DNA from: Lobosporangium transversale
Lineage: Eukaryota
Length of the DNA stretch: 64,000 bases
Assembly (NCBI RefSeq): GCF_002105155.1
Contig: NW_019028992.1
Location: 62,001-126,000, forward strand
Reading direction: 5' to 3'
In this document: in pieces, positions 37,355 to 49,749 of the stretch
How positions within the stretch are numbered: the stretch's first letter is position 1
How the letters are laid out: the number at the start of each line of letters is the position of its first letter
Notes under the pieces: generated by a model
Database searches by the model: none
Seen by the model: only the letters and a program-made list of their open reading frames with translations
What the model was told of the DNA's origin: nothing
Position numbers and translations under genes: made by a program

Positions 37355-39353
37355 TCAAAGCTTAGCCATGATAGGCTCCTGCAAAAGCACCCGAAGTTCC
37401 CTCCGGAGGATCTTGCCTGCTGCAGACTTGGGGATTACCTCAATAAAGCGGACACCGCCACGCAGCTTCTTATGTGCTGCGACGTTCGAGGCCACATAGT
37501 CTTGGATATCCTTTTCTGTTAAGGCTTGGCCTTCACCAGGTGCTTTCACTACAAATGCAAGAGGCACTTCTGTTGCTTGCTCCTTGTTCTCGATACCAAC
37601 AACTGCTGCATCTATAATCAGCGGATGATCCAACAATAAAGCTTCCAGCTCTGCAGGCGCCACCTGGAACCCTTTATACTTGATAAGCTCCTTCAGACGG
37701 TCTACAATGAAAAAGTTCCCATCCATATCCACAGTAGCAATATCTCCAGTGTGTAGCCATCCCTCAGAGTCGATTGTGTCCTTGGTCGCTTTGATATTGT
37801 TGCGATAGCCCTTCATGACGTTTGGTCCACGTACCCAAATTTCTCCGCGCTCTCCTACCCCGACATCTTTTCCCGTCTCAGGATCTACCAACCGAATCTC
37901 TTGATTAGGTAATATGCGCCCAATGGAACCATGGACTATCTTGTGATAAAATCCTATATGCGAGACGGGGGATAACTCCGACATTCCATACCCTTGGCGA
38001 AACTGGATTTTGGGGAACTTCTTTAAGAGAGCCATGCTCAATTCACGCGAGCAAGGAGCAGCACCAGACGTGATAAAACGGAGGCTTGAGAGATCATACT
38101 GATCGACAATAGGTGCTTTCACCAGCATAAGAATCTGAGGTGGCACCAAGCTGAGAGACACGACTGAAATATCAAATTTAATAGGTTTGTAAAATATCAA
38201 AGCCAGTCATCAAAACAAATTGAGAAAAAAGAAGAAAAACCTACTTTTGTACTCTTGAATGACTTTCAGAAAGTCAACTGGATTAAACTTTTGAAGGACA
38301 ACGGTCTTGATACCCTGTTTTGAAGAGGAATACCGACAAAGATATGATGTAGACGCAGGAGAAAAGCATGAATAATGTGGGCTGAATCCATATGTTCTCT
38401 ACTTATTAAGTTGATCGATCCGATATCATTTTGGCCTCACCATCATGTACATAATTGACTATACTGCTATACTTACATTATAGACGCCATATATGAGATG
38501 AAGTTGGTTACCGTAACTGATATAACAAATTTTATCAGTAATATGTTGTAAACAGTAACAACGCCAATGACTATTTCTCTCTCTCTCTTTTTTTTTTTTT
38601 TTTTTTTTTTTTCAAAGCTAATACGCGATTCACTTACACGTGGTACATTGGCAACACCGCTAATGCGACGTTTTCGTGCATGTTGTTACTGTCCATTGCT
38701 GTGATTTGCATGACATTTGAAATCAAATTATAGTGCGTCAATTCCACGCCCTTGCTCTTGCCAGTAGTGCCACTAGAGTAACAAATCAGTGCGGTGGTTT
38801 CAATAGCAGCCTGGCCGTTCAGATCCTCCACAGGGGCCAACAGGTCCTCAGCTATGTTTTCTGGAGGGAAGGTAGCACTATAAGGTTTGAAGCCATCGAC
38901 TTCTTTGTTGCCGTACAAAAAGACCTTACTGAGGGGAAGGCCAACCTTCTTGGCTCCCTCAATAGCCACAGGAAGTAGTTCAGGGTGTGTGACAATGACC
39001 GACGCATCTGAGTCCTTGAGCTGGAAAGCCAGCTCATCTGCAGTGTAGGCTGAATTGACAGTGGTGGCGATACCTCCAAGAAGGATTGGGCCAAACATAG
39101 TGATGGAGTAGTCGACTTGGTTGAATGAAAAGAGTGCCACGACATCGCCACGCTTGAAGCCAAGAGACTGGAGACCAGTGGCCCAACGGCGGGTATCACG
39201 CTTCCACTCGCCGAAAGTGATGACTCTCTTTGTCAGAGCATCTGTAAAGATTGGATATGAGTCCTTCACGCTGTTTGGATTCGAGACAACCAAGGAATAA
39301 GCATTGGTCTGAGGGATAATCCGGTCTGGAATAGAAGATTTATAGATATTCAT
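37355..39353 (-). CDS. 4-coumarate:CoA ligase/luciferase-like acyl-CoA synthetase, peroxisomal (copy 1)
   Basis: YSSGTTGKSKGV, QGYGMSE, GWLHTGD, VDRLKELIKYKGFQV, PKSAAGKILRR and a C-terminal PTS1 -AKL. Four exons. Confidence 0.93.
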
Positions 39354-40871
39354 GGCTGGTATATATATTAAATTAGTTTTGGATATCAACAAGAAAAGGG
39401 AGGATGTCCAATGTTTAAGTGAAAGTGGAGAAAGAAGAAAAATGGGGCAATATCAAATCTCAGTGCCTGAAGTGCTTTTCAGTACATACAAAAGTGCTGT
39501 CACAAAAATATTGTCCAATCAGAAGCGAAATCGATAATTTTTTGTGTCACAATAGCCAATAACCAAACGGAGTCTTCGACGGTTCTCATGCAAATTTGTT
39601 GATAGTTGCTGACGAACATTTTTCTTACAAGGAATATGGGTGATCATTGACCTATGCTATAAAGATAAGGTACTTATTGTATGACCATTGAGTCAATGCA
39701 AAGGCAAGACTTGCTCCATCCGTTTCTTTTTCAGAGTCAGAGACCACGGACTCTGCTGAAAATAAGGTTGTGACAATAAGATTATGGTTCTCCTTTTGTC
39801 TCTTTCCACTCGCATCTTTCATTTGATTAACACACACATGTATATATATATACTTGCTACACATGCGCACCACTCTGTATTATTAGATCATTTCTCTTCT
39901 TGGAGCAATCGCTTCCATGGGCTCGATGCTAGCCAAAGCATTGAGACAGGTCGATGCATTGAAAAGCAGTGATGACGGTAGAAACCCCCTGATAATATCA
40001 GTAGCCGTGATAGTAAGTATGGCATGAATAGAGACCTAGCTAAATTGAAGACAAAGCCCTTGTAATGGATGGCGACATTGATCTCTTTATGATTTGTATG
40101 AGATATCTCTCGAACCGTAAGATTTGTTCGGCAAAAGCCAAATTATTTGGGACTACTAACCCATGTAGAAAAGAAAGTCCGTAGTTATCAATAACATTCT
40201 AATGGCCTTGGTCCTAAATTTTTTGTATCCATTATAGCTAATTAGTCTTCCTGTAACAGCGGGAGGACATTAATGTTGGGTCCTCACCTCCAAATTAATG
40301 GTTGAAGGGATAGTCTGACATTAAAGCATGCTCCCTACCTCAAATAGACGATAATCCGGTAGCCATCCTGATTAAAGGCCCATGGGCTTCGGTTAGAAAA
40401 GTTCACGGTTGACTGCGCTTTGACGAAGTCTGAGACGATAAAGACAGTATTCCCACATGTTTCGATCTATCAATCTATCATTGCTATTGTCATATCGTCC
40501 AACTTTGAGAGAAACGCTTCAAAGGACTGCCCAAAGCGGGAATTTTTCAACATATCAGGCTTTCTCTCACACACGGATGTTAATAGCTTTTATTTACAGA
40601 CACTGGCCAAAAATTGATGACACGATACCCCACTGGAATATGCATAGAACCATAATAAGCAACAGGACAAAAGAAGACATCTTTTGTTATTATCCATGAG
40701 TGTTCGTTGAGTATAGTATAGAAATAACTGACTCTAGTAAACCTATATAAAAATGGCTACTTAATGCAGCACTTACCTTAAGAAGGTACGAAAGGCGGAT
40801 CCAAGGAGAATTTGGGATGGGTCATGGGAGGGATTCATTTTCAAACCCTCTAAAACTAAAGCCTCCATGAA

Positions 40872-43332
40872 TTACATAGGAAAAGTAGCTGAAGAAAGAT
40901 GCGCGCTGGGCAGTTTACCAGAGAGAGGCGAGAAGAATCCATGAACGCTGTCCTTCTGAGGAGATATCAGTTCACAAGTCTCTAACACATCTATTTCTAT
41001 AAGCCGATATGGAGTTACCAACGTATGGACACTAATAACCTCATCGAGAGTTGGCATAGATCCTCCAAGGCATATCATCTCGGCGGCTGGCATTTTACAA
41101 AATTGTGAATAAGAGGATACAATCTGATCCCTATGGGTTATCAAACCGCAGAGCTATCATGATTGATTTTGTGCAGATTCTATAGACGACAGAAAGGTTA
41201 GGACTTGGTAGAAGAGGGTAATTGCGCCCCATGTCCGTTGTCGTGTTGCCAGTGTCGTTGGTTGCGGCTTCCTGTGCTTCATTATCGCACACTAGGGCCC
41301 AAAGCACATCTGGATCGTGCGCGACATTGCCTGAGAGCTCATTCTTTTGACGCCTACCAAAAATTGGGACATGACCAAAGCAGTTCCTGATACTCATACT
41401 TTTGACCTCGTCCCATGATCCAGCAATGATTCTCCATGCATCATAGTTAGAGACGGCATTCACCCACCTACCATCTACATTGAAAGGGTCCAAACGCATG
41501 CTCAGAGTCTGATTCCTTACGTTGCTCTGATAGTATCGCTTAAAAACAGATATGATTCCTGCATCAAGCGGCTGCGTGACAGAAGTCGAGTTTTTTGGTA
41601 AAAAGATAACTCCGATGTTGGGGAAGCGCCGCCTGTCCTCATCCAGGAGCTTATGGCAGCCTGCATTATCAACAAGTAGCGCAACTTTTCGCTCATTATT
41701 TTGGGCAGCAATTGATTCTTGAAACCTCTCTAGCCAACTTAAAAACACGATTCTTGTCATGTAGTCAGGGCGATGGCGAGGCTTCTTTTGGCTTCTCGTA
41801 TGAGTACTGCTCAGACTTTCGTCATGATCCTCAAAATCGCTGCCATGGCCCTGAGCAGCCTCGTTCCATGGATGAATCTCTATAAGTTCCTGAAGAATGC
41901 TATCATTATGGAAGCCTCGTGGAAGATATTTGCCTAGAAATACTCTGGTTATTACATACACTGTTTGAAATGCTTACACGCTTGAAAAATGAAAGGGGAA
42001 AAATATGAAAAATACTCTCAAACACTTACTGAGGACAAACGGCTTTCTTTTATCTGTCCCGGTAGCATTGGTACAAAGGAGTATAGAAACCCTTGTAGAC
42101 GGAATCTTTATCCCTGCCAGCTTTTCAAAGTCCAAAGTCCATGAAGATAATGTCTGGAGAAACAAGCCAGTCTCATCGGCATTATAGATATCTTCAATGC
42201 GATACGCCTCCAAAGCAATCTTTATCTTTTCAACCTCCTCCGCAATAGCTTCCAGGTCAACTCCGCCCGCTTCTCCCATCATCTTATGGTATGTAATACC
42301 CCAATGGGCCTTGAATGAGTCGAACCACCCTGATGAAAATGAGGGCTTTGCAAATTCCAAAGGACCCAACTTTGTCACAAGCATATCATAAACATGGCCC
42401 GCCATTATCCTCATCAACGGTTGATTGACAGGCAGTCGGCGCTCGGACAAGAACTACTTCCACTGGATAAAAGGGCTGGCGCACAACTTTGAACTTATTG
42501 CCCCAATTGGCCCGCGGTTCGAGCTTGACTTTCTTTTCCCAATCGAGTAAGCGATTAATGGTATGTCGGCGAAGGTGATGCTCCTCTTCAAACGGTCCTT
42601 GCTTTGGGAAGGAATGCTTTCCGCCAAACAGCTGATGGTTGGCTACATGACTCTTCCACATTTGAAGGATATATTCCTTCACGTCAAAGCTATGTATTTC
42701 GTACTTTGAAGTGGATGGTTTGGGCATTAAAACCACAGGCTTATTGATGCGTCCCGCAGGCCCATGTTTAGAGCCGACAGATTGAAACCGTTGGGGGCTT
42801 TGTATAGGCTGTTGTCGGAACTGTTGTGGGGGCTGTGCCGCGGACAGCAGCGGATACTGTGGTGGTGGTGGTAGAAGGGGTGTTTGAAGCCGCTGTGTAA
42901 GTTGGGGCGCAGGAGATAGTTGATTCAGTGGCGTTGGGCGCTGCTGTTGAAGTTGTGGTGCGGGCGGCTGTAGATTGAGCGGTGGAGGGAGTTGATATGG
43001 AGTTTGCGGTGGAGGGAGGAGTGGATACTGTGCTAGTGGAAGCGGTGCAGGAAACTGTTCTGAAGATTGTGATGAAGGCAGCACGGAACTAAGCCATGGG
43101 GGATGTTGCTCTGACGAGTTTTGTTTTGATGAGCCTTGCATTGAGGAGTCTTTCTTTTGTGCATCAAGAATCTGCTGCCTATACTTCCATAAGTCCAAAG
43201 GAGCCTCTTGAGAACTCGTGGAAAGCTGTTGAGACTTTCTATGACTAGGCGAAGCTAGCAGATCGCTATGCATATTCGTCTCGTTGTAGTTCACAAATAT
43301 CAAGCGCTGTTGAATGGGTGTTTGAGACTTCA
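40872..43332 (-). mobile_element. pogo/Tigger (CENP-B-like HTH + DDE_1) transposase-derived gene, frameshifted
   Basis: FSSGWFDSFK, YNADETGLF, LCTNATGTDK, LLVDNAGCH and FLPKNSTSVTQPLDAGII (DD34D). Frameshift at ~42450, intron at ~41935-42030, P/Q-rich N-terminus. No clear TIRs. Confidence 0.85.
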
Positions 43333-43962
43333 TTGTAAATAAATGCAAATGGTAAGAAGTAGGGAGATTATGAGTGGATGGGTGAAGCAGGAATAGTTTT
43401 GTTGTAGATTGAGGATTTTTATGCCAGTATTTATTCAAGGACTTTTGCCATGTTTAAGCGCTAAATGCTGAGTTGACTCTCTGCAAACTTTGATCAAGGT
43501 TAATTAGAGATGATTGTTATGATTATTATTGGCTCATGAGTTCCAAGGCCGATATTTTCGAGTCTTGAAGCCAAAGAGATTGTTGCCAGACAGAACTTTT
43601 TATTAAAGTCTCGCCTGACCGTCACACCATGTTCTAACCTAATGAATAAAAATGAAAGTGCCCCTGAGGTGCTTGCCTCGATACGCAACACACATCGCTT
43701 TCAGAGGCCAGGTGGCTCCATGGGGCTACTTAGAGTCACAATCATCCACAATCATCAATGATATTATTATAAATCTATCTGCGGATGGAGAGCGTGACAA
43801 AAATCGGAATTTCACGAACCTTTTTCAGCAAGTGGTGTTTGAAAGCTGTATCATTGGGCTTTATTGTGCATCTTTAGACCGGTGTCAATATTGCCAAAAG
43901 TTCCGACTTCTGAAAGGAATGTAAAAAAACAACCCGGGCAACCATTTGCCAGTGCTTCAGCC

Positions 43963-45502
43963 TTATTCGCGACGACGTATGAAATACGAAGGGCGAGTAT
44001 ATTTCAGATCTTGGGGTTCTTGGGGTGAAGACCCAGGAGGCGAAGCCTGACGCCCACGAACCGCCTCTGCCACGCGCTGTACAAGTGGCTACGAGTAACA
44101 AGAAAACATTGAGCTGATTAATAATAGATCTAATTTATAATGCAATGTGGATCAAAGCTCGAACATGACAAGGGTACCTGCACGTCTTCCAGAATCCCAA
44201 GCCCACCACACATCCGTGAGAAAGTTGATCTATCGGTGGGCAAATGCATCCGACCAACTTCCTTCGGGATGTATAGTGCCTCGGACCTCAACTCCATCAT
44301 GTAAAATCTCAATGCTGTACCTAAAACGCATTGGCTTTATAGTGTTAAAAAACATATATATGTGCATACGTAAAATACAGATATCTGAAACCTACTTTGG
44401 ACAAGCACACCAACAACCACTGGGTTATTGATGTTACCCCAGACCATCTTGTTTAAAGACAGCTTCATCATGGAGAGCAGCTTGAGATAATCAAACGATA
44501 GGAGTTTCCCAGCCTTGATCCCAGGTTTTTTCACTTTCACGAGGAGAACTGGAAAGTCATCTACCCGTGCGATGATGTCGGGTCGGAATTCTTCCAGACT
44601 GGCATCCAGGGATGGCATCTCCTCGAGGCGAGAATCTCTAGCAGATGTAAGACATAAATCGAGCGTTAAACGATTTTAGGGGAAACTTTGCCGGTTGGCA
44701 GATACTTATAAATGAATTCGTGATTACATGGCAATTGTTGCTCCCAATCCATGCAGGAGCGTCTCAATTACAGGAGTAACGAAGAAATGCTGGTATGTCG
44801 CTTCATTGAGCGATTGGCCTTTCTTGGTCCCCCATATTCGATCGGTACAGGTCATATTCTGGATTACCTTGAACGTGAGCGAATTTCTGACAGTATTTGG
44901 TGCCTTGGAAAGCTTATCCTGGAAATGCTGATAATCCTGGGTACCCGCAGTTCGGGTACATCCTTTAAGGAAACTGCAATGTTCCTCGGGTATCCTGGTT
45001 ACTTTCCTGGTCCCAAATATCTCTCCAAGAACCTGGTCACTAACCAGCGATTTAAGAATTGATTTCGAAAAGATAAAGTTGAGAGTTCTAGAGATATTAC
45101 GGCAAGGGAGTTTTTAATATAAGTATCAACTCCGCATTCCACGCTCTACGAACACAGTTGCGAACACAGTGACATACAATAACTCATCAGCTTTTTTCAA
45201 AGTCGCTTCTTTCTTCACAAATATTTCCCGCGCCTCCATTGCCTTCAACGAAACATCTACGTTATTAATAATCAAGTGTTCTTGGGAAAGGCGGCAAGAT
45301 GTTGTTCCTCGGCCGACGAGATTCGTAACAATAGAGAGTCCCTATTAGTTGCATGTTAGTTGCATATTAGTTGGCAGTTCAATGTTTTTGGAATGCTATT
45401 TCAGCACTTGGCAATCTAATTGAAAGGGAGAGTACACACTTTTGAAGAGTTGCTCTTTTTCTTATTGGCAGTAATTTTATTGGCAGTAGTGAATTTAGGC
45501 AT
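43963..45502 (-). CDS. Multi-exon PD-(D/E)xK restriction-endonuclease-like protein
   Basis: Spliced reading: MPKFTTANK..|..LIINNVDVS..ADELL|SLNFI..|..NEATYQHFFVTPVIETL..|..FRPDIIARVDDFPVLLVKVKKP..DYLKLLSMMKLSLNKM..VVGVLVQ|..MELRSEALYIPKEVG..|..YTRPSYFIRRRE*. Confidence 0.7.
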
Positions 45503-46668
45503 GTTGAAGAAAATGTTGATTGAGAGTGTTGGATAATTGGATAATGGGTGATTCAGCTCTTTTTATAAATAGTGCAGCGTTTATCTTTTGGAACGGTAAA
45601 GCACGGAGCTCTCGGGACAGCATAATGTAATGCAATGTACACAAAGTGCCATCCATGAGGAGTACTTTTAGACTTGGTTTTTCACATTCCCAGCCCCCCG
45701 GAAAAAGTAATAAAGTGACGAGCTGTAGATTTATTAAATGTTATATATCGAATAAGTATGAGGGAGTGAGTGGTGAGTGAACAACAAAGGCCAAACATTC
45801 TTGTCCATGTGCGGCTGCGGATGCTCCGGATCCTCCTTCTTTTGTCTTGTATGTTATAATATTGATAATAGTAATAATATGATTATTAATATTATTAAAA
45901 AAAAAAAAAAAAAAAAAAGTTAGAATCGAGTACTGGCAAAATGTTATATCAGCTGTAGACTGAAAAAATGTTGAGGTGGTTACTATTATGGCAATTGACA
46001 GCGAGAATGACAGAGGCGACAGTGAAAAGGATCAAGACTTGCTCCATCTCGAAGCAGACAGAAAACCAACTGCAGAGACAGCGCTGGTCACTAACAATCA
46101 TCACCATGGCGAAGATGGTGGGATTTTGCCACCGCGAAGATGGCTGTTAAACTCTCCCTGCCCTAAGGGTAGAGAGGGACCAATGCAGCTGCAGCTGTGT
46201 CTGTTGCTCGAGAGAGTAGCCGACATCGTCGTGTTTGATGATTGACAAAAGAAAAAAAAAAAAATACCACAAGATCTTTTCAAGCTTACGCCATCACCTT
46301 CCCTCAGTTGCAATCCCTTCCTTTAGCTCACTTGCCAGTCACTTATCTGCCCTCCTGCCATGTTTGACATAGAGAGGTCAGCTTACAATAGTATTTTTGA
46401 ATTGAGAGGCTCTTAGCCAACCAATGGCCTAGAAATATATCAAATTCGAAATTTGTACAAAAATGTACAATTATCGAGATTCCACTGTATAATACAATCC
46501 AGGGGAAAGCAACTTGTATTTTACTATGGACTTACAAATCCTACGGTAGTAGACAGCGAGAATAATAAAGAAAGTGAAGTAATTAATGTAAAGCCTAAAG
46601 AAAGCGGTAGTCCTTAGTATACTACAGATTGTTTGTAAATCCAATATGTAGGGAATGTAGAAAGGATC

Positions 46669-48417
46669 CTATGTAGACTTCCAGATTTCACCCATCCGAC
46701 TCTTGAGCCATTCCACTGACTCACGCAAGCCTTCGCCTTCCCCATCCGATCTTGTGCTCTTGACACACCATGGCCTTAACACAGGTCTACTTTCTGCCCC
46801 AGCTTCTATGTTTGACCTGCCGGATGTCGTCATTGTTCTTGCTGTTGTACCTTCATTACTCACATCGTTGAGATCTGCAACCTGCAACACAATCCTATCC
46901 CTCTCATCTTCCCATTCTTCACATCCCAAAATATCTGCAATTTCGTCCACTCGGAAGCACGTTTCATCATTCAAGCCTGCCTTATTTGCGAATACAACAA
47001 TCGGAATATCCTTGCGCTTGAAATGAGGATCCATAACCAGTGAAGCCAAGAACTGTCGAGCGTTTAGCAAATGATCTATACCTCGAGGATCATTTTTGCG
47101 TGTCGCATCCACTATATAAATGATTCCATGGGCATGCGGGAACCAGAAAGCTTGCGCCAACATCCTTGGCACAGGCCATGTTGTGTCGAGCGAAAATGCA
47201 TGTACTGAGAGACTAGCATTGCTGTTGCTTGATGGGTCCACAGATGGAGAATCGTCATCCATATCTGCTTCTTTTGTTGCGGACGATAGAGGTTCTTGAC
47301 ATAGTGCGTTTCCCTCAGCTACAGGTGTCGCTCGTAATGACGAAAGTGACTCTGATACAGTTTTGAGATGAGGTTGCAGTTGGAGCAGTTCTGCTTCGCC
47401 TTCGGGTCTGGACCGTTGCACAGTTACCGAATACCTTTTTTCCTTTTCTTCTTCTTCTCTTCCACATGCTTGATCAATCTCCTCTAGTCCATTACTTTCG
47501 CTATGACCACCAATTCTAACTTCAGCGTCTTCATCTCTATTTTCATCAGACTGTCTGAGCGAGTTGGATTGTCGATTTGCTTCAGTCGAAGTCTTTGGCG
47601 AACATGTAAAGGACCCATCTGATCTAAAGTACGCAACGAAGAATCCTGAGATCTCTTGGTAATGCCTGACCTTATTCGTGCTTGGCAGCACGCTCGACAT
47701 CTTATAGAGTGTACTCGCCAACGGAGCAGAATCTGATCCAAGCACCAAAATATTATAGTGAGGTGGTCCATCCGGCTGTGCGGTAACACTTACACCATTG
47801 TTTTTGAGAACATTTGTACTTGGTGAAATGAGTTGCGATAGGCTATATATGCTATTGCGGAATGATTGTGCAAAAGATCCACGCTTTTGGGCCCTGGATG
47901 TAACATTTTTTATATTCATGTTCGAAGACGATGCTGTTGCTGTGAAGACGCTTGAGTCCAAAGCTGCAGACGCAGGGGGAGCAGTCGTCGGCGATTTAGG
48001 CGGTGCATATCGAGAATGTGACGAAGATGAAGGCAATGGAAGCAAACTCTTCGTATCCATCACGATACTTTGCCTCTTGTTGCCGAAGAGCCTAAAAGAG
48101 GCTATCGTTGTCGTCATCGTTGGTGAAGAGGACGATGGAAGAAAATCAGGAAGGTTAGATGATAGAGACAACTCTGGGGAAGTTGCTCCGTCCATTGGGG
48201 GCTGTAATGTGCTTGAGGCTGCAGTGGTTGTTGTAGTCGGTACAGGGGCGGGAGAGAAGTAATCCCAGACATTCTGACCCGGAGCTAGACGATTTGCAAT
48301 AATATGAGTAAACATAAGGACATCGCTGGTGGATTGCCGAGGCATCAATGGCGGTTTTGAATCCATAAAGGTATGAGAAGGGTTGTTGGGATTAACGGAC
48401 AACTGCACGGTTGTCAT
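46669..48417 (-). CDS. Arf/Arl-like GTPase-fold protein with degenerate G motifs
   Basis: Intronless 582-aa ORF. YNILVLGSDSA, FPHAHGIIYIVDA, DIPIVVFANK and RPWCVKST..GEGLRESVEWL match the Arf secondary-structure pattern. Confidence 0.8.
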   Translation of the reverse strand: MTTVQLSVNPNNPSHTFMDSKPPLMPRQSTSDVLMFTHIIANRLAPGQNVWDYFSPAPVPTTTTTAASSTLQPPMDGATSPELSLSSNLPDFLPSSSSPTMTTTIASFRLFGNKRQSIVMDTKSLLPLPSSSSHSRYAPPKSPTTAPPASAALDSSVFTATASSSNMNIKNVTSRAQKRGSFAQSFRNSIYSLSQLISPSTNVLKNNGVSVTAQPDGPPHYNILVLGSDSAPLASTLYKMSSVLPSTNKVRHYQEISGFFVAYFRSDGSFTCSPKTSTEANRQSNSLRQSDENRDEDAEVRIGGHSESNGLEEIDQACGREEEEKEKRYSVTVQRSRPEGEAELLQLQPHLKTVSESLSSLRATPVAEGNALCQEPLSSATKEADMDDDSPSVDPSSNSNASLSVHAFSLDTTWPVPRMLAQAFWFPHAHGIIYIVDATRKNDPRGIDHLLNARQFLASLVMDPHFKRKDIPIVVFANKAGLNDETCFRVDEIADILGCEEWEDERDRIVLQVADLNDVSNEGTTARTMTTSGRSNIEAGAESRPVLRPWCVKSTRSDGEGEGLRESVEWLKSRMGEIWKST

Positions 48418-49749
48418 AACTCGGTTCTTTAAAAATTAATAAAGGGTGGGCGGAAATCGTTGTCGATTGAGAAGTAAAAAAAATAAAAGGAATAAAAAAT
48501 AGAATATAATAAATAAAGAGTAAATGGATGTGCTACTGTGGACAAGAGGATAAACAGATAGAAGGCCCACCTGGCTACGTCTTTTCCTTCGTTCCTTTCT
48601 TTTCTTTAGTATTATTGTTCTCGCAGGAATTGGAATTGGGAGGAATGAAGAAAAGAAGGAAGGAACAGGATGGGCGAAATTATTCCAAGAAAAACAGGCG
48701 AAAACAAAGGGAGTCATAGGGCTATGGTCCACGTTTTTCGTTTTTCGTTTTTTTATACCCTTGCTTATCCGTTCAGGGACTAGAATACACTACCTTCTCT
48801 TGCCTGTTATTCTATCTGACTAAAAGAGCAAGACTCGAATGCAGAGAGCATGAGCAGATATTGATGCTGTACCTTCAATTCATACAACAACATGGTCGCT
48901 CTTTGTTATTTTTAATTTTAGTCCAATGCTCTCTTGTCAATCCCATCATTCAACTTCATATATTTATAATGCCCAACTTTATTCTCTGGTGCTATATGGT
49001 CCATGCTCACCACCTTGCTTGATAATGCGTACAAGCAAGTGCTCCACCACAACAGGTGCAAATGATCGGGTTGAGGTGTATAGATTAAAAGAATGATATA
49101 TATTTTTATGATATCTATTGCTCTCACCCTAATTCCCATCCATATCAGTAAACTCATACCAAGCAGAATATGGAACGGATTTTTCTAATCATGATTACTA
49201 TCGTGATCATAGCTCTCATTTATATCTCTCTTTCTCCCTCATACATGCTTTTTAAATACTTATCAAGGCTTATGCTAGATACCCTTTTCCTTATTTAATG
49301 AAAAAGCTTTCCCTTCAACAAGACTAAACAGACTGCTCTATCACCCTTGTTATCTCTGTAGGCGCACACCATGGTCATCTTAGTGGAATTATTAGGAAAT
49401 AAGTATCACGCATCATGTTCGCACTGGCCAAATGTAAATTATTCTGTCTTCTATTTTATTTTGCATTGTCATGAAGACTTATTAAATGGGATTCGGGCAT
49501 TCATAAAAAAGAAATAGGCGTTTGTAAAAACTGATATGACTGATATGACTAAAAGTACATGTATATAATGGCAAGCAAAGTAAGGAAAAAAGGAGTGACA
49601 TAACATCCAGATGATAAAAAAAACAAAAAAAAAAAAAAAAAAAAAAAAAAAAACGGAGAGTTCTTAATAGAAAGATAAAACAAAGCTCTTTGATCCCATC
49701 TTCATTGACTAGAATTATGTTGTATTAGTGCTGCTTATGGCTACATTGG

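Noticed and set aside
40733..43620. Possible pogo TIR pair (TAGTAAACCTATATAAAAA near 40735 vs the sequence near 43595-43617)
   Set aside because: Match too weak and AT-rich to distinguish from chance.
45950..46313. Short overlapping ORFs on both strands
   Set aside because: No consistent frame or homology; at most a gene remnant.
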